From Gemmatimonadaceae bacterium (GTDB lineage Bacteria; Gemmatimonadota; Gemmatimonadetes; Gemmatimonadales; Gemmatimonadaceae): 64,000 bases of DNA. The stretch covers positions 1,060 through 65,059 of the forward strand of contig JBGAJQ010000023.1 of the NCBI GenBank assembly GCA_044224875.1, written 5' to 3'. Every line of letters begins with the position of its first letter. The first letter of the stretch is position 1. A program made the translations under genes and the position numbers. The notes below the pieces were generated by a model. That model worked only from the letters and a program-made list of their open reading frames with translations, ran no database searches and was not told where the DNA came from. This document shows positions 18,674-26,930 of this stretch, one piece after another.

Positions 18674-19036
18674 TTATGATTGTTTCGTCGCCCGATGCAG
18701 CTGCAACAACGGGGGGTTTCCAACGAATTCAGGACATATCGTCCTGTCAAACTCGTAGGGGCCCCCAGTTTCAGCATCGGTCCACGGGAAGCCGCGGCAC
18801 ACCGCGGGATAGAATGTTTCCCGGTAAATCGAGCAGCTGTTGTCGGAGAGAAAGACGCAGCGCCTGTTCTTCACCCGAGTGCGCCATTCGCCCCACCGCG
18901 TCCTGTACAGCTTCTGAGGGCCGTACCGGTTCGTGATTGCCTCGGCCTCCGCATCGCTGAGTGTGACGCCGTAGGCGCAACACGCCGAGTGGTGCGGGCA
19001 CGGATAGCAGGGGAGCGCCGGAAAGCTTGCCTTCAT
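18674..19036 (-). CDS. YkgJ-family cysteine-cluster (putative Zn/Fe-binding) protein
   Basis: CYPCPHHSACCAYG at the N-terminus, followed by RRCVFLSDNSCSIY and CRGFP, matches the CxxCxxxxxCC pattern of UPF0153/YkgJ. Confidence 0.7.
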   Translation of the reverse strand: MKASFPALPCYPCPHHSACCAYGVTLSDAEAEAITNRYGPQKLYRTRWGEWRTRVKNRRCVFLSDNSCSIYRETFYPAVCRGFPWTDAETGGPYEFDRTICPEFVGNPPLLQLHRATKQS

Positions 19037-19161
19037 CTCGGCATTTAAGATACGGTCAATCGATCGCGGCCACGAGGTCGTTCAAACTGGCGACCGCCGC
19101 GGAACGAAGAAGCTGCCGACGTTGCGCGGTTTTACCTCGCGGGAAATGTCTGTACCTTACG

Positions 19162-19707
19162 ATGGCGCTGTCGCCCCCTGACAACCCGTCACTACAGCGT
19201 CGTCGACACCATGACCCCGGACGTCCCGTGAGTGAATGGACTCGTCGTGATGTAGGACCCGTGCTGGAGTTCCTGCGCGTCCTATGGCGCGTGAACCACG
19301 GCATGGAGAAGCGTTCCAAACGCATGCAATCCTCGTTAGGGGTCACCGCGCCTCAACGGATGGTGATCCGCATGGTCGGTCGCTTTCCCGGCATTTACGC
19401 CGGTGATCTCGCCGAGTTGTTGCACGTGGATCGCGGCACACTGTCGAGCGCCTTGCGCCGGTTGGAGTCCGACGGTCTGCTGAAGCGGACGGTGGATGCG
19501 GAGGATCGCCGCCGGGTAGCGATCCATCTGACCAGCCGCGGCAAACGCATCGACGATGTCACCGAGGGCACCATTGAAAGCGTGGTGAAGTCAGTGATCG
19601 GCGGCGAAAGCTCCGAGTCGCTGCGCGCGACGCACCGTGTGCTCTTGGCACTGGCCAACGACCTGGAGCGACCGGCGAAGCGGAAGTCGACACGCGCTCG
19701 ACGCTGA
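19162..19707 (+). CDS. MarR family transcriptional regulator
   Basis: GVTAPQRMVIRMVGRFPGIYAGDLAELLHVDRGTLSSALRRLESDGLLKRTVDAEDRRRVAIHLTSRG is a winged-HTH MarR core. ATG at 19162 was chosen because the 5' part of the listed ORF (from 19027) overlaps the divergent ykgJ-like gene. Confidence 0.85.
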   Translation: MALSPPDNPSLQRRRHHDPGRPVSEWTRRDVGPVLEFLRVLWRVNHGMEKRSKRMQSSLGVTAPQRMVIRMVGRFPGIYAGDLAELLHVDRGTLSSALRRLESDGLLKRTVDAEDRRRVAIHLTSRGKRIDDVTEGTIESVVKSVIGGESSESLRATHRVLLALANDLERPAKRKSTRARR

Positions 19708-19719
19708 CCGACCTGGGCG

Positions 19720-21027
19720 TCACGCCTTCGGTTGTTCTTTCGGCAGCTTGAACGTGGCCGCGAGTTTGGGGTCACCGGGATCGCCGTGCACCCGCTTCGC
19801 GATATAATCGCCGAGCACGGGTCCGAACTTGAACGCCTCGGCGTTGCCACCCCCGGTGATCCACACGTTGCCTAACCCTGGGTGCTTGTCGATCAGGAAA
19901 TTCCGGGTGGAGCTCAGCTCATAGTGGCAGCTGCGCGTCTCGTTTATCGGTGACGTGGCGAGGATGGGAAAGTGCTCCTTCACGAACACCCGTGATGCCT
20001 TCATGGCCTTTTCGGGAATCCACCGGCTGCTGTAGTCCGGGTCGTACAAACGTTCGCCACCCGTGCGCACGCGAAAGCCACGATTGTCGGGCAGGAGCGA
20101 TGGCCAACCCGTCACTCCGGGGTAGTTCCAGCTCGGACAATTCGGGTACGTGAAGCGATCGTCTGCCGGTGGCGTGGCGTAATAGAACACACTTCCCATG
20201 GGCGTGCGGATCACCCTGCCTAACAGTTCTGGGAAGATCTTCGGCAACCACGGACCGCATGCAAACACGTACGTGCCGGCACTTACCGTTTCGTTGGTGG
20301 ACAGCACCAAGTGATCCAGCTGGCCGCCCGTCTGCGTCCCGAGCCAGGCGTGGGCAATCTTCACCTCACCACCGCGGGACTTGAACACTTCGGCCACTGA
20401 CTCGCAGGCTCGCCGAGCTCGAACCACTCCCGCATCCGGCTCATAGAGCACTTCCTGAATGTCCGTGGTGTTGAAGATCTTCCAGCGCTTCTGGACCTCA
20501 TCGCCCTTGAACACTTCATGCTTCACGCCGAGTTTGGTCCAAAGTTCCTTGGTGCGCTTGGTGAAGTTCTCCTCCGCCTTACGCATGATGATGTCGCCGG
20601 TCTCATAGAAGAGCTGTGTCTTGAGCTGCTTCTGCCACTCGGCGTCCCAGTCACGCCAGCGGGTCATGGCCACGCGAGCCCAGCGCATCCACTGCTCCGC
20701 CTGTTCGCCCGTTCGGTCGCCGTAGGAACTCCGCACACCACGCGTCTCGTCGCCTGACGTTGACCGAGAGTTTCCGGGTCCGTACGCGTCGATGAGCAGC
20801 ACCTTCATGCCGAGCTGTTGCAGGTGGTAGGCGGTCCAGCCGCCAAAGGCGCCGGCACCAAGGACGATGACATCCGCCGTGCCTCCTGATTTCGTCGGCC
20901 GCGGCTCCGGCAGTGGAGGCATCGGACCGGGAGGCACGAAAGGCAGTGGCCCAGCGCTCCGGCAGCCTGCCAGCAGGCCGACTTGAAGGCCTGCCAGTTT
21001 GACGAAATCGCGGCGTTTGAGAGTCAT
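19720..21027 (-). CDS. Tat-exported FAD-dependent oxidoreductase (DAO/sarcosine-oxidase-like) lipoprotein
   Basis: MTLKRRDFVKLAGLQVGLLAGC (twin-arginine motif plus lipobox), then DVIVLGAGAFGGWTAYHL (FAD GxGxxG). The ATG at 21027 overlaps the TGA of the upstream cytochrome c gene as ATGA. Confidence 0.8.
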   Translation of the reverse strand: MTLKRRDFVKLAGLQVGLLAGCRSAGPLPFVPPGPMPPLPEPRPTKSGGTADVIVLGAGAFGGWTAYHLQQLGMKVLLIDAYGPGNSRSTSGDETRGVRSSYGDRTGEQAEQWMRWARVAMTRWRDWDAEWQKQLKTQLFYETGDIIMRKAEENFTKRTKELWTKLGVKHEVFKGDEVQKRWKIFNTTDIQEVLYEPDAGVVRARRACESVAEVFKSRGGEVKIAHAWLGTQTGGQLDHLVLSTNETVSAGTYVFACGPWLPKIFPELLGRVIRTPMGSVFYYATPPADDRFTYPNCPSWNYPGVTGWPSLLPDNRGFRVRTGGERLYDPDYSSRWIPEKAMKASRVFVKEHFPILATSPINETRSCHYELSSTRNFLIDKHPGLGNVWITGGGNAEAFKFGPVLGDYIAKRVHGDPGDPKLAATFKLPKEQPKA

Positions 21028-21530
21028 CGGGTCGTGCGAAGTGGAGCGGAGTGAGACAAATACCACCCGGAGCGGGCACTCGCGGGAAATGACGGAGACG
21101 GCTTGGGTCTTGCTTCTACCATGATCGCCTTCAACTGCTCGGGGTCGTTGGCGAGCACCGTCTGCCCGGCCGGATATCCCGACAGCTTCAACATGTAGGC
21201 GACGATGTCGGTGTATTGCTGATCGTTCAATTTTCCGGGTTCATCATCCGGCATCGTGGTCTTGATCTTCACGAAGAAATCGTAGAGTGGATGTCCGACC
21301 CAGGCTTGCTCAAACACGTCGCCAGCATGCTCCGTGGCCTCGTGGCACGCGACGCAGAACTTCCCATACGTACTCTCGCCCTTCTTGGCCTGATCGTCGG
21401 TGTAGACGCCCTTGAGAATCGGGGGGATCGGCGCGGCCGCGGTGGAGTCTTGGGCGCGTCCTGCCACGGGCAGGGCCAGGAACAGGAGCGCGAGAAAACG
21501 GCAGGACTGGATTGAGGCGGCCATCGTCAC
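21024..21530 (-). CDS. monohaem c-type cytochrome, secreted
   Basis: Signal peptide and a single CVACH haem-binding motif. It is translationally coupled to the FAD oxidoreductase. Confidence 0.8.
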   Translation of the reverse strand: MTMAASIQSCRFLALLFLALPVAGRAQDSTAAAPIPPILKGVYTDDQAKKGESTYGKFCVACHEATEHAGDVFEQAWVGHPLYDFFVKIKTTMPDDEPGKLNDQQYTDIVAYMLKLSGYPAGQTVLANDPEQLKAIMVEARPKPSPSFPASARSGWYLSHSAPLRTTR

Positions 21531-21752
21531 TCAGCGACTCCGGGTGAAGCGTGCGTTGGTTGTCGGAGGAGAAAAGAGGCGCGACCACGCGGTGCGGGTC
21601 AAGGGCTACGGCGCGCCTTAAGCGGAGCAGCCGGTGTCACTTGCGTGCTCCTTGGCGATCGCCAGCCGCGGCCTAGGTCGCTCGGGACGGCGGCACGCCC
21701 GGAGAGGCCGCCGCGTTCGCGTCAACACCGGGCTGCGCGAGCGCGGTGAGAA

Positions 21753-22700
21753 TCAGTAGCGGTCCAGATCGTTGGCGATGACAACCTTGCCGCGATACCC
21801 CCCGCGCCTTACGCCGGCGGTGAGTTCTTCCGGGGTAAACGCGCCAACGATGTGATACAGCACCAGGAGCTTCACCTTTGCCTTGGCCGCGACGCGCCCC
21901 ACTTCCACGTCTGACGCGTGGAAGGCCTTCATGTACTGGGGCCACGTGCTGCCGCCAGGCCGCCGCTCAGCTTCCACTCGCGCGGATGAATAGACCTCGT
22001 GGATCAGCACGTCTGCCTGTGAGGCAGCGCTAGCGAGTTCTGGACTATATCGCGTATCGCCGGAGATCACGACGGACTTTCGTGGCGCGTCTACCCGGTA
22101 TCCGAACGCGTACTTCCAGCTTCCATGCGGGACGGCGAATGCGGTGATCTTCACCCCCGCGCTGTCATAGACGACGCCAGCCGTGACCTCTCGTGTGTCG
22201 ACGCGATGGCCGCCCGGGCGACCATGTTCGAGGCCATTCGTGCGGATGTCGATGTCTTCTGCCCACGCCGCGATGAGGTGGTCCGTCATGGCCTTTGTAC
22301 CTGGCGGGCCATAGATGCGGAGCGGGGTGGATCGCCCCATCACCCAGGAGGTGAAGATCAGGTCGGGTAGGCCTAACGTGTGGTCGCTGTGCAGGTGAGT
22401 AAGGAAGAGTGCAGCAGGTCCATCGATCGGCAAACCCGCGGCGGCAATGCGACGCTCCACGCCTGGTCCCGCATCGAAGATGAAGACACGCCGGCCCACG
22501 ACGACGGCGGTGGACGGTCCCGAGCGCTCGGGGTTGGGAGCGGGCATGCCCGTGCCCAGCATGATCACCGTCGTGCTGTCGCCAGTGCCGGTCCAAGGGC
22601 CGCCGCCTAACGTCCGCTGCCCTTCCAGCGGCCGGCTCGCGGCGATCACCACGCACAGGCCAACGCCCAGCCACCAGGCGCACTTCCAGCGCGGCCGCAC
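21753..22700 (-). CDS. MBL-fold metallo-hydrolase (RNase Z/arylsulfatase-like), secreted
   Basis: HLHSDHTLG (HxHxDH) motif and a signal peptide. The GTG start at 22700 sits 1 nt after the stop of the upstream gene. Confidence 0.8.
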   Translation of the reverse strand: MRPRWKCAWWLGVGLCVVIAASRPLEGQRTLGGGPWTGTGDSTTVIMLGTGMPAPNPERSGPSTAVVVGRRVFIFDAGPGVERRIAAAGLPIDGPAALFLTHLHSDHTLGLPDLIFTSWVMGRSTPLRIYGPPGTKAMTDHLIAAWAEDIDIRTNGLEHGRPGGHRVDTREVTAGVVYDSAGVKITAFAVPHGSWKYAFGYRVDAPRKSVVISGDTRYSPELASAASQADVLIHEVYSSARVEAERRPGGSTWPQYMKAFHASDVEVGRVAAKAKVKLLVLYHIVGAFTPEELTAGVRRGGYRGKVVIANDLDRY

Positions 22701-22701
22701 G

Positions 22702-24420
22702 TTAGGCGCTCTTGGGGTGGACGGTCCGGCCGCCCGCGACGGTCCGGATCACCTTGATGTCCTTGATAGCGTCCGGGTCCACGGCGTGCGGGTCCTTCTC
22801 CAGGATCACGAAGTCCGCCCACTTTCCTGCCGTGATGGATCCTTTGGTTCGCTCCTCGTAGGAAGCGTACGCCCCGTGGAGGGTGGCAATACGGAGCGCC
22901 TCGTCCACCGTGACCTTCTGGTTCGGGCCCCACTCGCGGCCCTTGTAGTCCTTGCGCGTCACCATCGACTGGATTGCCATCAGCGGCTCAAACGGTCCGG
23001 GACCGTAGTCCGAGGCTCCTGGTACGCGAATGCGGTAGTCGAGGAACGACCGATGGGCAAACATCCACTTCAGCTTCTCATCGCCGTATTGCGACCACTT
23101 CTCCCCGTGATAGTAGACGTATGTCCAGAATGGCGTGGGTATGGTGCCCGTGGTCTTGATGCGTGCGAGCAGTTCGGGATTCACGAGCGTGCAATGCTCG
23201 ATGCGATGCCGTCTGTCGGGATGTGGCCACTGTTGCAATGCGCGCTCATACGCCTTCAGCACCATGTCGATCGTGACATCACCGTTCGCATGAATCCCCA
23301 CTTGCCAGTTGTGCCGATGCGCGTCATCGACCGCGTCGTAGATGTCCTGCTGCGTCATGGTCAGGATCCCGTAGTCGCTGGTGCCAACGTACGGGGTACT
23401 CATGCGCATCGTCCGCTCCGATGCGGAACCATCGGCGGCGAACTTGACACCGCCGATCCGTAGCCATTCGTCGCCAAATCCTGAGTACACACCGGCGTCG
23501 CGCAGCTGCGGATAGGCCCCGCGTATCATGAGATAGGCGCGATGTCGGAGCTCGCCGTTCCGGTACACATCCTCGTACGCGCGAATCTTGTCAGGCCCCG
23601 CGCCAGCGTCATGCACGGTCGTGAGTCCCACGGAAGCAAACCATTCGGACATGAAACGCATGCCGCTGCGCGCACGCTCTCGCTCCTGCTCGGGCGTGTA
23701 GGCGGGCTCCGTTCCCACCTTGTCGAAGACCTCGCGCGCGCGCTCAGCAACGCGTCCCGTCAGCTCGCCGGCATCCCGAAAGAAGCGCCCGTGGTCCGGA
23801 TCTGGTGTCTGCATGGTGATGCCAGCCAGATCGAGTGCTTTGGTGTTGTACCACGACGTGTGGCCCCCCCGATGATGCACCCCGATCGGATGCTGCGTGG
23901 AAACGGCGTCCAGGTCGTGGCGATTGAGCACTTTGTCAAACTTCGTGTCGTCGAACATGAACCCGTTCACCCATTGGCCGGGTGGCGATGTCGCGACTCG
24001 CTTCTTCAGGTTGGCCTGCAACTCCGCCAGCGTACGCACATTGGCGTTTGGTTCATACAGCTCGCTGACGCCGTCGGGATGACAGTGACAGTCGGCGAAT
24101 CCGGGCAACACGGTCATCTGCTGTGCGTCCACGACGGTGGTGCGCGCACTGGCGAGATTCCGGATGTCCGCGTTGGAGCCGACGGCGAGGAAGCGACCGT
24201 CCTTGATGGCGAACGCGTCGGCACGCGGGGTCGCGTCATCCATGGTGATGGCTCGCGCGTTCGTCACGATCATGTCCGCCTGGATCCCGCCCCCGCGAGC
24301 CTGCGGAATCATCGGCGGTTCTGTTACCGCCTTGCGAAGCGTCGGAAGCTTCGGCAGGGCAAACGCGCCGGCGAGCATCGCGCCGAGTCCAAGAAATTCC
24401 TTCCGGGTGTACCGCGACAT
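22702..24420 (-). CDS. amidohydrolase-3 (YtcJ-like) family metal-dependent hydrolase, Tat-like leader
   Basis: The true start is ATG at 24420 (MSRYTRKEFLGLGAMLAGAFALP). The listed ORF continues to 24921 only by running antisense-frame through glnK. It has PGFADCHCHPDG and GIHANGD motifs of the amidohydrolase superfamily. Confidence 0.8.
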   Translation of the reverse strand: MSRYTRKEFLGLGAMLAGAFALPKLPTLRKAVTEPPMIPQARGGGIQADMIVTNARAITMDDATPRADAFAIKDGRFLAVGSNADIRNLASARTTVVDAQQMTVLPGFADCHCHPDGVSELYEPNANVRTLAELQANLKKRVATSPPGQWVNGFMFDDTKFDKVLNRHDLDAVSTQHPIGVHHRGGHTSWYNTKALDLAGITMQTPDPDHGRFFRDAGELTGRVAERAREVFDKVGTEPAYTPEQERERARSGMRFMSEWFASVGLTTVHDAGAGPDKIRAYEDVYRNGELRHRAYLMIRGAYPQLRDAGVYSGFGDEWLRIGGVKFAADGSASERTMRMSTPYVGTSDYGILTMTQQDIYDAVDDAHRHNWQVGIHANGDVTIDMVLKAYERALQQWPHPDRRHRIEHCTLVNPELLARIKTTGTIPTPFWTYVYYHGEKWSQYGDEKLKWMFAHRSFLDYRIRVPGASDYGPGPFEPLMAIQSMVTRKDYKGREWGPNQKVTVDEALRIATLHGAYASYEERTKGSITAGKWADFVILEKDPHAVDPDAIKDIKVIRTVAGGRTVHPKSA

Positions 24421-24455
24421 CGCCGCTCCTTGCGTGGGGGAGTCCGCGCGGTGTA

Positions 24456-24812
24456 CTAGATCGCCTTGCCCCCGCGTTCGCCCGTGCGGATGCGAATACA
24501 CTCTTCGAGTGGGAGCACGAAGATCTTGCCATCCCCAACCTCCCCATCGCCAGTACGTGCCGACGACAAAATGGCCTGGACGGCTGGCTCGAGGTATTCG
24601 TCGTTGACGCCCAGCAGCAATTGCGTCTTCTGAACCATGCGCTGGCGCACGGCCTGACCCCGGAAGTACTCGATCTCGCCATGCTGGCGGCCGTGACCGT
24701 CCACACTGGCCACGGTCAGTCGGTAGTTGTCTCCCTCGTCGAGCGCTTGTTGCAGCGCAGCCTGGACGGCGTCGAGTTTTTCCTGCCGAATGATGGCGAC
24801 GATGAGCTTCAT
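24456..24812 (-). CDS. glnK: P-II family nitrogen regulator (GlnK-type, next to amt)
   Basis: MKLIVAIIRQEKLD...GHGRQHG...GDGKIFVLPLEECIRIRTGE matches the PII signature blocks. It lies 9 nt downstream of the ammonium transporter. Confidence 0.9.
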   Translation of the reverse strand: MKLIVAIIRQEKLDAVQAALQQALDEGDNYRLTVASVDGHGRQHGEIEYFRGQAVRQRMVQKTQLLLGVNDEYLEPAVQAILSSARTGDGEVGDGKIFVLPLEECIRIRTGERGGKAI

Positions 24813-24821
24813 GCTGGAATC

Positions 24822-26060
24822 CTACAGGTGGTAGCCACGTTCGCCATGGACCGCGATGTCCAGACCGTCGCGCTCCGCCGCGTCCGGAACCCGCAATCCC
24901 ATGGTCTTGTGGATGAGCCAACCCAGAACGAAGGTGCCGACCGCCGCGTAGGCAGCGCTACTCCCAACACCCACGACCTGCTTGACGAACTGTCCGGGGT
25001 TCCCGTGAAACAGGCCCGCCACCGGAATCGTGCAGAGGAGACCGGTCGCCAGCGCGCCCCAGGCGCCACCCACGCCGTGGACCCCAAACGCGTCAAGAGA
25101 GTCATCGTACCCGAACCGTGTCTTCATCCGCACCGCGCCGTAGCAGATGAGTGACGACAGGCTCCCGATGACGATGGCCGACGCCGGAGTCACGTGACCG
25201 GCGGCCGGTGTGATGGCCACCAACCCCGCCACGATGCCCGACGCCATGCCTAACGAAGTGGGCTTCCCGGTATGCTGCCATTCGATGAGCATCCACACCA
25301 AGGCAGCGCTCGCTGCGGCCGTCTGTGTGGTGGCGAATGCCAGCCCCGCCGTCGCACCGGAGACCGGAGGAGTAAATCCCACCGCGCTGCCCGCGTTGAA
25401 GCCGAACCAGCCGAACCAGAGCAGCCCCGCGCCCGTAAGCGTGAGCACCAGGTTGTTCGGGAGAATTGCCCCTTCCGGATAGTCGCGGCGCCGGCCCAGC
25501 ATCATCGCCAGCACCAACCCCGACACACCGGCCGCCACGTGTACCACGGTGCCGCCCGCGAAGTCGAGCACGCCGTACTCGTAGAGCCACCCGCCCGACG
25601 CCCACACCCAGTGCGCCAGCGGACAATACACCAAGGTCGTCCATAACACGATGAAGACCACGTAGCTCGACAGCTTGATCCGCTCGGCGATCGCGCCGCT
25701 GATCAGCGCCGGCGTGATGATGGCGAACTTGCCCTGAAACATCACGAACACGAGTTCCGGGATCTGCTTGTCGCTCAGCAACCGATCAGGGGGAACGCCG
25801 TTTAAAGCGACCAAGTCGTTTGACCAGCCAAAGATCCCGCCGTGTGACGTGCCAAACGCGATCGCGTATCCGATAACGATCCACTGCACGCCGATCACGG
25901 CCATGGCAATGAACGAGTGCATCATCGTGGTCAGGACGTTCTTGCGACGAACCATGCCGCCGTAAAACAAGGCAAGGCCGGGCACCATCAGCAGCACGAA
26001 TGCCGATGACGTCAGCATCCACGCGGTAGAACCGGAGTCGATTTGTGTGGCTGGGTTCAC
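24822..26060 (-). CDS. amt: ammonium transporter
   Basis: DSGSTAWMLTSSAFVLLMVPGLALFYGGMVRRKNV, DFAGGTVVHVAAG and DDSLDAFGVHGVGG are canonical Amt/AmtB motifs. Confidence 0.95.
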   Translation of the reverse strand: MNPATQIDSGSTAWMLTSSAFVLLMVPGLALFYGGMVRRKNVLTTMMHSFIAMAVIGVQWIVIGYAIAFGTSHGGIFGWSNDLVALNGVPPDRLLSDKQIPELVFVMFQGKFAIITPALISGAIAERIKLSSYVVFIVLWTTLVYCPLAHWVWASGGWLYEYGVLDFAGGTVVHVAAGVSGLVLAMMLGRRRDYPEGAILPNNLVLTLTGAGLLWFGWFGFNAGSAVGFTPPVSGATAGLAFATTQTAAASAALVWMLIEWQHTGKPTSLGMASGIVAGLVAITPAAGHVTPASAIVIGSLSSLICYGAVRMKTRFGYDDSLDAFGVHGVGGAWGALATGLLCTIPVAGLFHGNPGQFVKQVVGVGSSAAYAAVGTFVLGWLIHKTMGLRVPDAAERDGLDIAVHGERGYHL

Positions 26061-26261
26061 GGAGAATCGAGGCGAGAAATGCGGATCGCGACGTGCCGGG
26101 ATGAACCGCGATTATGAACGGCCTGAAGCGATCGTATCGTGTCCGGTCGTCCTTGTCGAGTGGAGAAATGCCTCGACTTCTCACGCACTCGATTGCGCAG
26201 TTTGTGCGCCGCTCGGAACTTTCCCTGCGGAGGTGCGTTCTCTTCGTCTCACACACTTTGC

Positions 26262-26930
26262 ATGAGGCGTGCAGTGAAGCTTACGACGATTATCGTAGGG
26301 CTCAGCCTGTCCGGCGTGATGTGTCTTGTTCCCGCGTTGGCTGCCCAAACGATGCCGCTCAGTCAGCGAGCGACCGTTTCACAGTCCGTCGGCTTCACCC
26401 GGATCACAGTGGACTATGGCCGCCCGACGGCGCGAGGCCGTCAGCTCTTTCCCGGCGTGGTTGCGTGGAAGCGCGTGTGGAACCCCGGCGCCGATTCCGC
26501 GACGCGTGTTGGTGTCGATCACGCGATACAGGTGAACGGCCATGCACTTCCCGCTGGCGACTACTCGATCTGGGTGATTCCGCAGGAGCAAGGTCCTTGG
26601 GACGTCATCTTCCACAAGGCCGGGCACGTCTTTCACACGCCATATCCTGGTGACGGTGGAGTCGCCGTGCGCCTGCTGGTCGTTCCAGAGCAGGGCGAAC
26701 ACATGGACGCTCTGGCGATCTACTTCCCGTCCATTACGCGGGATTCGGCCGTGATGCGAATTCACTGGGGCAAGACGGTGATCCCCGTGTCGATCGTTGC
26801 GCCTTGGCGGCCAGGATCGAGCGATGCGAGCTACTTCTTCAACAGTGACTTCGGGAACATCATGTGGACGCCCACATTGCCATCCACGAGCTGGGTGATG
26901 CGAAGGTCGGCAGCGACGCTCGCCAACTGA
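26262..26930 (+). CDS. DUF2911 domain protein, secreted
   Basis: ATG at 26262 precedes a signal peptide. ATVSQSVGFTRITVDYGRPTARGR...PAGDYSIWVIP...WDVIFH fits the DUF2911 pattern. The last ~100 nt overlap the convergent formamidase gene. Confidence 0.7.
   Translation: MRRAVKLTTIIVGLSLSGVMCLVPALAAQTMPLSQRATVSQSVGFTRITVDYGRPTARGRQLFPGVVAWKRVWNPGADSATRVGVDHAIQVNGHALPAGDYSIWVIPQEQGPWDVIFHKAGHVFHTPYPGDGGVAVRLLVVPEQGEHMDALAIYFPSITRDSAVMRIHWGKTVIPVSIVAPWRPGSSDASYFFNSDFGNIMWTPTLPSTSWVMRRSAATLAN

Noticed and set aside
19131-19146. Imperfect palindrome TTTACCTCGCGGGAAA 16 nt upstream of the marR start, as a possible MarR operator in the ykgJ-marR divergent region.
   Set aside because: Only 6 of 8 positions pair and there is no second copy, so the evidence is insufficient. 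It is worth testing only if orthologous intergenic regions conserve it.
24421-24921. N-terminal 167 codons of the listed 739-aa amidohydrolase ORF.
   Set aside because: It runs through glnK and into amt in a different frame with Arg/Gly-rich sequence. The ATG at 24420 is followed immediately by a Tat-like signal peptide.
26061-26261. Looked for a sigma-54 type -24/-12 element (GG-N10-GC, TGGCAC-N5-TTGC) upstream of amt. A GGCACG sequence on the amt strand lies near 26090.
   Set aside because: The spacing to any GC dinucleotide does not fit the consensus, and no matching -12 TTGC is present. I cannot support a promoter call from sequence alone.
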